A DNA stretch of 64,000 bases from positions 124,001 through 188,000 of the forward strand of contig NIVC01001774.1 of assembly GCA_002269645.1 (NCBI GenBank). Reading direction: 5' to 3'. Under the pieces are notes generated by a model. The model did not search any database and had not been told where the DNA came from. It saw only the letters and a program-made list of their open reading frames with translations. The DNA comes from Macrostomum lignano. Its lineage: Eukaryota. The position numbers were made by a program, and so were the translations under genes. Of this stretch, positions 37,501 to 46,616 are shown piece by piece (position 1 is the first letter of the stretch; the number at the start of each line of letters is the position of its first letter).

Positions 37501-40500
37501 TCCTTTGCTCTCTCATTTTCCTCTCTCCCCTCCTTTCTTCCCTCTACTTTCTCTTCTCTTCGCTCTCCCTCTTCATCATTCCCGCCTCACTCCCCTCTTC
37601 TCTCCCCTCTGGCTCTGTCGTCTTTAATCTCTTATCTCTCATATCTACTGTCTTTCTATCATCTTTCTATCCTCTCTTCTCCTTGAAATCTCTCTTCTCT
37701 TTACTCTCTTATCTGACGGACTGAAAGCGCCGATAATCAAACCAATTGAAATTTGTTACCAGCCTCCTCCATTACTGAATTTACTCAAATGATAGCTGGC
37801 CTGAATTTGTGTACTCAACCCCCCCCCCAACTACAATCTTGGCAGAAATTTTAAAAGTATGGAATCGTTTTTTCAATGCTGTGCTTTTTGTTTTCATATT
37901 TAAAGCAAATAACTTAAATCCCCGAATTCAGCGTTGCAAGATCCTTCCAGCAATATAAGTCTCTCCTCTCAAAGTTAAAAAAAAGGAACAGTTAACGTCT
38001 GAACTTCCCGGTTCAAAGCATTAAGTATCGAGTGTACATTCACCTGCCTGCTGTTTATTCATTGAATTCACTGCCCAGCTAATATACAGACAGGCTGCCT
38101 TTTGAAAGGCGCCGATAGTAAAACCAATTGAATCTCGACACAGTCCTATCTATCTGTTTACAATGTACATTGCTATGTACACTCAGCCCAAACCAACCCT
38201 CCGTTCTGGAGGGAAGCATTAAATTTAACTGAACCCCCAACACGCGGGGGTTTTATTAGCATTGAACCCAGAACACGCATCAACCACCCCTCCAATACAC
38301 AGCGACCTGCGGGGGGAGGTTGGGGTGGTTGTTTTTACAATAATGCCACTGGAGAGGCAAAGTGGCCAAAGAAGGTTAAGAAAACAGTTTTTTGCTTTTT
38401 TAACGGACTTGACTTTTAATTTTTCAACATTAAAATAGCCTATTTGTTGCGTAGGAAAATTTTGAATTGATATATGTAAGTCCCGCATTTGAGTTGCCAG
38501 CCGTCTAGGAGGAGATACGCGTTAAACCCGGCCGGTCGATCGACCCACTCAGCTTTAGATATAAGATTTATAGGCATAGTTCTAGTTTACTTTGTTATAT
38601 TCCAACCCCCCTACCCTTGAATAGAGGGCGAAATAATTTAATGCAGTAAACTAGAACTATGCCTATTTATAATATATATATCATTTATTAGCAATATTTT
38701 ACTTTATTGCGTTTAATTTTTTTAATGGTTCTTTTTAAATTTCAGAACATAAAGATGGTAGGAAGATAAAAGGTAAGTGTCTTTAAGTGTCAGGTAAGTC
38801 AATTAGTCAGTAATAATGAGCCACCCAGTACAGGAAGTTGCCAAACTCCTTTCTAAGAAAGAGCCCGAGCCAGAGATACTCACTGAGATGGCTTTCAAAC
38901 AGAGATTTGGAAGTGCCATGCATCGCCTGGAACTTTGCCTTGCCATGGGCCCACGACCCCTCAATGGTGTTTGTGTGGATCGATGGGTCGTTAAGGTCAG
39001 CAAAATGGAGTTGATGATTCACGACATCATGGTTCTGCAAGCCATTGTAGGCCTGAAATGAGAAAGAAAAGTGAAAAATAATTAAATGCAGTAAAGTAAA
39101 AGATTGTAGGCCTGTAGCCATTGTAGGCCCGAAATGAGAAAGAAAAGTGAAAAATAATTAAACACAGTAAAGTAAAAGATTGCCCATTTATCTAATCTGT
39201 CATTTCTATATAGAAATAAGGTAGGGTAATAAAATATAATTTAATTAATTATACTCGTATTTTCCTTTTTCTTATATTTTTGAGAAGTAGAAAGTTATTA
39301 TTATTATTATTATAAATATTGTGTTATTTTGATTTTAAATAAGAATTAGGCTTTGTCAAAACTAATATTATTACTATTAGCATATTAAATGTTGATATAT
39401 ATGTAGGTATATATAAATAATATATATTTTATTTTATTAGCTAGATTTTTTCTTTTGAAACTTAGATGAGAATTATGATATCAAAGCATTTTTACTAGTT
39501 TATTAAAACCCTATTGCAGCCAAGGTCTAAACCATGCCTTAGATATATTTCTCTTTCCCATTTTAGACACTTAATTCTATGTATACCCTCTTTGCATATG
39601 CCATGCCCCTTGTGTATACTTAGAAACCTTCCTTTTATATCCTATACCCCTATATATATCCTTATACCTATATATTGCACTGTTTCTAACTTAATCTATG
39701 TTGGATACTATCTATAAAAATGCGAATGGCCATTGGCTATAATAGGATAATAAGTTATTAATTATTTATAACTGTTTGCTCTAGAACTTTATTTTATACT
39801 ATATTTTGGTATCTATATTCAATCCCTTTTATTATATAAATCTATATTTAAGGTTAGTTTAACTAGTTTGTTTGTAACAAACTAGTTTGTTTGTTATGGT
39901 CATATATATATGACCATATTGATCATAATAAGTTGTATAAAATTTCTCTTGTCTTTTATTATTCATGCTTATAATAATCAACCCTCAATGACATTATGAA
40001 ATGTGTATGACAGACCATAGGATGGTCAAAATCTATTATTGACATGTAAATATTACCATAGACAACTAAAATACAAGGATAAGCCTACTATATTATATTC
40101 AAAAATTGTGCAAAATTTACTAGAGGCTAGTTTTGCTGAAAAAGTATATTTAGCAAGATAAGACAAGGTAAGAAGCTTTCAGTTTTTTAAGCCACTAAAT
40201 TCCTAATATCTCATATTTTAAATTGCAATTTTTTGTTCATTGTGCATTTGCAAGTTTGTCAAAAAAGTTACAAAACAGTATTTACAGAAAATGGCAATGT
40301 GTCCTAGAAATTTAGTAAGTCATCTACAAGTAAAGTCCAGAAAGAGTGATATTATAAAGTTATAGTATCATATGTGGCTTTGATGTGATTTACTTACTTT
40401 TCTTTTATAAATATACTAGCTAGCCTAATTGTGTTAATTCAGAATCTAACAAAAAACTATTAAACTCTTTAGTCGGAATTCAATGACTACGCTGAGAAGG

Positions 40501-40730
40501 TGAAGAAGTTGAAGTCTCGTCCCACTGATGCTGAGATGCTGGACTTATATGGCCTATTTAAGCAGGCCACTGTTGGCGATGTGAACACCGAGCGACCTGG
40601 CTTGCTGGATCTGAAAGGCAAAGCCAAGTGGGACAGCTGGAGCCAGCGCAAGGGCACTGAGCAAGGCCAGGCCCGTAGCAACTATGTGGAGCTGGCTAAA
40701 CGACTAATTGAGCAATATGGATTGGAATGA
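34567..40730 (+). CDS. ACBP: Acyl-CoA-binding protein; 9-nt first exon 34567-34575 (ATG TCT GAG|GTAAGC) and exon 40473-40730
   Basis: LYGLFKQATVGDVNTERPGLLDLKGKAKWDSW is the ACBP signature; acceptor CTTTAG|40473 is phase 0 and matches an MSE micro-exon like the MSQ first exon of vertebrate DBI; exon 1 assignment is inferred. Confidence 0.9.
35180..37725. repeat. Two diverged direct copies (about 35180-35830 and 36870-37725) of a unique leader plus CT-rich low-complexity tract
   Basis: CATGTT..CCTGTTT.CAAAAA.TGACTGCC...TCCAGACTGA precedes both tracts. Confidence 0.75.
35985..36762. mobile_element. Possible non-autonomous DNA element with imperfect inverted ends
   Basis: GGTGGTCCCGAAAAGGGCCGTT (35986-36007) is roughly inverse to AACGGCCCTTTTAAGGGTCACC (36741-36762); no TSD identified. 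Confidence 0.35.
38228..38566 (-). mobile_element. Non-autonomous Helitron-like element
   Basis: Minus strand starts TC after an A (TCTTATATCTAAAGCTGAG, reminiscent of Lep1-type Helitron 5' ends from recall); GC hairpin AACCCCC-7nt-GGGGGTT at the 3' end; A|T insertion site without TSD; terminus CAGT is not canonical CTRR. Confidence 0.55.
38573..38663. mobile_element. 91-bp MITE, probably Merlin-type
   Basis: Perfect 19-bp TIR GGCATAGTTCTAGTTTACT; 8-bp TSD TATTTATA once the adjacent Helitron-like insert is removed; Merlin transposase exon 143 bp away. Confidence 0.75.
38807..39052 (-). mobile_element. Terminal exon of a Merlin/IS1595(ISXO2)-like DDE transposase
   Basis: AYNGLQNHDVVNH..HF...IHTNTIEGSW...K..G......HLSEYLW matches the ISXO2 C-terminus including the catalytic Glu; preceded by a polypyrimidine tract and CAG acceptor; upstream exons not found. 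Confidence 0.85.
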
Positions 40731-41113
40731 TTGATAGACAGAGATTGCACTCTGTGTTGGTTGGCAGTTTTACAATACAAATATGCTATGTTTATTTGTT
40801 TATTAATCAGCTTTTCTACTATTTGATCCACTTAAATTATTTATGTTGGAATATAATAGTTATTATCCTTTCTTTTCTAATTTTTGGATATCATCTAGGT
40901 ATTTAGGTATATAATATTATTTAGCACACTAATCTCATTTCTAGTCAATTGCTTTTTTCGTTGAAATAGCAAACTGCTTACTCTCCCGAGTTTAAAAATC
41001 TGTTAAAAACTAATATTAAATTAATATTAAATATTAAATCAGCTTAAATATTGGAGATCTCGTTTCTGTCTCTTTTGGTTTGGAATTGTAAAACATTAGC
41101 TTAAAAAATCCCA

Positions 41114-42218
41114 TTGGGTGGAATTCCCACTGTAGGATCTGATGAGTGGAATTCCCACTGTAGGATCTGATGAGTGGAATTCCCACTGTAGGATCTGATG
41201 AGTGGAATTCCCACTGTAGGATCTGATGAGTGGAATTCCCACTGTAGGATCTGATGAGTGGAATTCCCACTGTAGGATCTGATGGGTGGAATTCCCACTG
41301 TAGGATCTGATGGGTGGAATTCCCACTGTAGGATCTGATGGGTGGAATTCCCACTGTAGGATCTGATGAGTGGAATTCCCACTGTAGGATCTGATGAGTG
41401 GAATTCCCACTGTAGGATCTGATGAGTGGAATTCCCACTGTAGGATCTGATGAGTGGAATTCCCACTGTAGGATCTGATGAGTGGAATTCCCATTGTAGG
41501 ATCTGATGGGTGGAATTCCCACTGTAGGATCTAATGGGTGGAATTCCCATTGTAGGATCTGATGAGTGGAATTCCCATTGTAGGATCTGATGGGTGGAAT
41601 TCCCACTGTAGGATCTGATGGGTGGAATTCCCACTGTAGGATCTGATGAGTGGAATTCCCATTGTAGGATCTGATGGGTGGAATTTCCATTGTAGGATCT
41701 GATGAGTGGAATTCCCACTGTAGGATCTAATGGGTGGAATTCCCACTGTAGGATCTGATGAGTGGAATTCCCATTGTAGGATCTGATGGGTGGAATTTCC
41801 ATTGTAGGATCTGATGAGTGGAATTCCCACTGTAGGATCTAATGGGTGGAATTCCCACTGTAGGATCTGATGAGTGGAATTCCCATTGTAGGATCTGATG
41901 AGTGGAATTTCCATTGTAGGATCTGATGGGTGGAATTCCCACTGTAGGATCTAATGGGTGGAATTCCCACTGTAGGATCTGATGAGTGGAATTCCCATTG
42001 TAGGATCTGATGGGTGGAATTTCCATTGTAGGATCTGATGAGTGGAATTCCCACTGTAGGATCTAATGGGTGGAATTCCCACTGTAGGATCTGATGAGTG
42101 GAATTCCCATTGTAGGATCTGATGAGTGGAATTTCCATTGTAGGATCTGATGAGTGGAATTCCCACTGTAGGATCTGATGAGTGGAATTCCCACTGTAGG
42201 ATCTGATGAGTGGAATTA
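41114..42218. repeat. 28-bp minisatellite (GTGGAATTCCCACTGTAGGATCTGATGA), about 39 copies, with a 112-bp higher-order unit
   Basis: Direct periodicity; variants recur every 4 monomers in the 3' half. Confidence 0.97.
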
Positions 42219-42564
42219 CCTCTCAAGTACCCGGGTCTAGCGTGCTCCCTCTCGGTCACGAATGGTTAGAATCGATTACCAATGCTAAATCCCGGGAGTT
42301 ATCTATACTTTAGTATATTGGATTACATGTATTATTCTAGCGTCGAACGAACTCTTCCTACCAAAGTTCACTGTGTACGTTTTATACAGTGTGTAATGCT
42401 GTTTGCGCCCATAGACAGCCAAGCCATGCAGTCAGCCAGACATCAGACGCGATCTTTTAATAAAGCTACTCAAAAGGTCAAAGAGAACTCTAGCAAAGAA
42501 CTCTCAGAGATTGCACTATTCTATTTCGTGCGAACAAACGCCGTAGTAAAGGCAAAGCCGAGAT

Positions 42565-45500
42565 ATGCTGCTGCGAGTGCTGCCTTCCACGCTTTCCCGC
42601 TGTCTGAGGCCAGTAAGCCGCTCCTACTATGTTGACCAGCTGTCTCTTGGCGAACCGTTTCACCCCGTTCCAAACCGGCATCCTGTAACTATGGAAGCGG
42701 AAAAAGTATTCGAGCAGCACCTGGACTCCAATCAGAAGGTGTTTGTACACGGCGGGGCCGCCACGCCAAATCACCTAATAGATAGCATGGTGCAAGTTGG
42801 ACTGAAGCGCAAGTTAAAAAACATCAGCGTGATGCACATCCACACTGAAGGTCCGGCCGCCTACAATACCGAAGCTTGCCAAGGCGTATTCCGCAGCAAT
42901 TCGCTGTTCACTTCGGCCAATTGCCGGGAAGCTATCGGCGCTGGTCGGGGCGATTTTACGCCGATATTTTTGTCGGAAATTCCGCTACTATTTCGACGGG
43001 GCGCGGTGAAACTTGACCTGGCGCTTATTATGGTGACGCCGCCTGATAGGCATGGATTCTGCAGTCTGGGACCGTCGGTTGATTGTGCCAGGTCCGCCAT
43101 TCAGAATGCCCGGGTTATTGTGGCTCAGGTGAGTCGCTGCCGACTCTGAATTGAGGTTCCCAACTTTTGACTACCGATAATTTGGGAGTTATTGTAAGGA
43201 TCTAATTGCATTGAGGCTGCACAACAACGAAAGCATAGTTTTAATGCTTGCATAGAGATCACAGACATCTTGAAGATTAGAATAGCTAATAAAGTACCCT
43301 TTTTCTATTTCGAGACTTAAAACTCTTTATGGTTTAATTTGTATGCTTGTTTCCTTAATTACTGATTTATTGTTGAGCTTTTTTGTAAGATGAAAAATCC
43401 CAAGTATTTTTTGTGCTGACTGCAGTGTGGTATCCTGCAAATCTTTAAGAATTCAGAGGTCGCCCACTGAACAGTAGCAAGAAAAGAATGTTAAGGAAAT
43501 CTTTTGTGAGGTCCTGGCTCAGCGGTTATTGAGGTCCTGGCTCAGCGGTTATTGAGGTCCTGGCTCAGCGGTTATTGAGGTCCTGGCTCAGCGGTTATTG
43601 AGGTCCTGGCTCAGCGGTTATTGAGGTCCTGGCTCAGCGGTTATTGAGGTCCTGGCTCAGCGGTTATTGAGGTCCTGGCTCAGCGGTTATTGAGGTCCTG
43701 GCTCAGCGGTTATTGAGGTCCTGGCTCAGCGGTTATTGAGGTCCTGGCTCAGCGGTTATTGAGGTCCTGGCTCAGCGGTTATTGAGGTCCTGGCTCAGCG
43801 GTTATTGAGGTCCTGGCTCAGCGGTTATTGAGGTCCTGGCTCAGCGGTTATTGAGGTCCTGGCTCAGCGGTTATTGAGGTCCTGGCTCAGCGGTTATTGA
43901 GGTCCTGGCTCAGCGGTTATTGAGGTCCTGGCTCAGCGGTTATTGAAATCCTGGCTCAGCGGTTATTGAGGTCCTGGCTCAGCGGTTATTGAGGTCCTGG
44001 CTCAGCGGTTATTGAGGTCCTGGCTCAGCGGTTATTGAAATCCTGGCTCAGCGGTTATTGAGCTAAAACCAGTTACAAGGGGTATAAGACTCAGAAACCG
44101 GTACTGGCTGAGTTGGAATCTAAATGTTGACCACCTCTAGAGACTCACAAGACAATTAAGAATAGTTCTTCAAGTTTCCTAGTGAGCTAGCTACCTTGCT
44201 CTAGAGAGGGTACATAAAAATTAGGCATTCCGATTTGAAATCAGGACGGCAAAACGCAGGGCCGCTCGTCTCCTATTGGTTCAACAGTCTGCAGCCAATC
44301 ATATTTCGCGCAGCCTCCATACACTACTCTTGTAGAAAGAATCGATTAAGGAAGCCTGCAAACCCGATTAAACAAAAGGTTGAAAATAAAAAAAAACTAA
44401 TTCGTGACACACGCTTTTATAGAGCCATTTTAAATTTTATTATTTAAACAAATATAAAATAGAACACTGCAAAACTTTGTTGCTTGCATCCCTAAAACAG
44501 TTTTTTAAATGTACTAATAATATGACGAAGCGTTTACTCATTAAATTTAAAGTAATAGTTACTCCGGCCGTTTACCTTAAAACAACAGGTAAATCCAAAC
44601 TTGCCGCGCACCCGCGGCGACTCGGCCATTCACAGCTCGCACATTGACTGCATGGTGCAGATGCAGCAGCCGCTGCACGAGATGCCGCCTAAAAAGATTA
44701 ACCCTCAGGAGCAGCGAATCGGTCAGCTGATTGCTGAGAAACTGGTAGCTGACGGCTCCACCCTGCAGACTGGCATCGGCAGCATACCCGACGCCGTGCT
44801 AGCCTCGCTGAAGGGTCACAAAAACCTCGGCGTTCACACAGAGATGTTCTCCGACGGCGTAGTTGATCTGACAGAATGCGGCGCCGTCACGAATGCTTTG
44901 AAGCGAATAAGACCTGGCAAAATTGTCAGCGGCTTCGTTATTGGCACTAAAAAGGTGTTCGATTTTATTGACGAGAATGCCATGGTGGAGCTGTGCGATA
45001 TTCACTTCGTTAATAAGGTATGCTGCCGTCAAGTGGAATCGGATTGTAAGGGGATATAAATATTGCAACTATAGTTGTAAATAGCTACCTGATAACAGGT
45101 GCGATTTCTGTGAGTTGTAAATCTAATTGTCTGATAGCAGGTGAGATTTATGTGAGTTGTAAATCTAATTGTCTGATAGCAGGTGAGATTTATGTGAATT
45201 GTAAATCTAATTGTCTGATAGCAGGTAAGATTTATGTGAGTTGTAAATCTAATTGTCTGATAACTGGTAAGAATTCTGCATTCTCAATCAACTCGCAGGT
45301 GGCCATCATCAGCCAGAATCCCCGCGTCACCGCCATCAATTCGTGCATCGAGATTGACCTCACCGGCCAGGTAGTCAGCGACTCGATCGGACCCCGCATC
45401 TACTCGGGCGTGGGCGGCCAGATCGACTTCATGCGCGGCGCCGCTTTGTCCAGCGACGGCCTCGGCGTGCCGATCATCGCGCTGCAGTCTTCGACTAAGA

Positions 45501-46123
45501 AGGGCGGCAGCAAGATTGTGCCGTTCATTCGGGAGGGTCAGTGCGGGTCCCTGCTGTCCTCAGATCCTTCAGTGCGGATCCCTGCTGTCCTCAGATCCTT
45601 CAGTGCGAGACCCTGCTGTCCTCAGATCCTTCAGTGCGGGTCCTTGCTGTCCTCAGATCCTTCAGTGCGGGTCATTGCTGTCCTCAGATCCTTCAGTGCG
45701 GGTCCCTGCAGTCCTCAGATCCTTCAGTGCGGGTCCCTGCTGTCCTCAGATCCTTCAGTGCGGGTCCTTGCTGTCCTCAGATCCTTCAGTGCGGGTCATT
45801 GCTGTCCTCAGATCCTTCAGTGCGGGTCCCTGCAGTCCTCAGATCCTTCAGTGCGGGTCCCTGCTGCCATCCAATCCAACACAGAGAAGCCTAACCATCC
45901 GTACTGAACACCATCCTTCCCCTCCATTGCCGCAGGCGCCGGTGTCGTGACAACCCGAGCGCATGTTCACTACGTGGTCACCGAGCACGGCATCGCGCAC
46001 CTGTGGGGCAAGAACCTGCGCCAGCGAGCCCACCACCTCATCAACATTGCCCACCCTGATCATCGCGAGTCGCTGGAGAAGGCCGCCTTCAAGCGCTTGC
46101 GTTGTATGCCATCGGCTGATTAA
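42565..46123 (+). CDS. Acetyl-CoA hydrolase/transferase family protein (4-hydroxybutyrate CoA-transferase / ASCT subfamily IB-like), 472 aa; exons 42565-43128, 44589-45017, 45299-45536, 45936-46123
   Basis: VHGGAATP, PPDRHGFCSLG, LQTGIGSIP, GVHTEMFSDG (catalytic Glu), GVGGQIDF, VVTTRAHVHYVVTEHG; all introns GT-AG with consistent phases 0, 0, 1; Arg/Ser/Leu-rich N-terminus resembling a mitochondrial presequence. Confidence 0.95.
43508..44062. repeat. 23-bp near-perfect minisatellite (GAGGTCCTGGCTCAGCGGTTATT), about 24 copies, in intron 1
   Basis: Direct periodicity. Confidence 0.98.
45085..45268. repeat. 42-bp tandem repeat, about 4 copies, in intron 2
   Basis: ATAGCAGGTGAGATTTATGTGAGTTGTAAATCTAATTGTCTG recurs. 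Confidence 0.92.
45539..45865. repeat. 31-bp minisatellite (CAGTGCGGGTCCCTGCTGTCCTCAGATCCTT), about 10 copies, in intron 3
   Basis: Direct periodicity starting within the splice donor. Confidence 0.96.
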
Positions 46124-46616
46124 TAACTCGCTGATATTCTCAAACCCAAAATGAACTACGAATTGTCTTATTTATCCTACTATTATTAGTAAAGTAGTGC
46201 GATTCCGACTAATAACAAAAAAGGCATTTATTTTGTATAATCTATAATACTCGTAAGACAACAGATGTCTTTTATTTCAACTTGTCTTTTTAATGTTTTT
46301 CTTCAACTTTTCATTGTTTTGCTTTTGTGAAACAGCTAATTCGAAATAAATGATCCTATGCCTTTAGGTATGATTTTTCTCTTATTTACTTTTTAAGAGA
46401 GCATGAAAGTAGGTTGTCTGCAGTTTCGTCAAGATCAACCTATGGATTAACGGATAAGTTCGTATAACTATCGTGTAATGCGTCAGGAATGTACTTTTAC
46501 GTCTTCAAGAACGGAGCCACGCTTAGAGCTTCTGTTTCGAGTAGTCACTAAGGAGTTTAATCATCAGAAACAAATATTTTTATTCCGCATTTTCAGCTTC
46601 CTATTATAAACCACCG

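Noticed and set aside
41114-42218. 28-bp partly palindromic repeat resembling a CRISPR direct repeat
   Set aside because: Units are head-to-tail with no unique spacers, there are no cas genes, and the context is eukaryotic. The same applies to the 30-, 33-, 34- and 37-bp arrays.
43508-44062. Resemblance to the T7 terminator primer (TTATTG / GCTCAGCGG), suggesting vector contamination
   Set aside because: The words are in a different order, tandemly repeated inside a correctly spliced intron, with no other vector sequence
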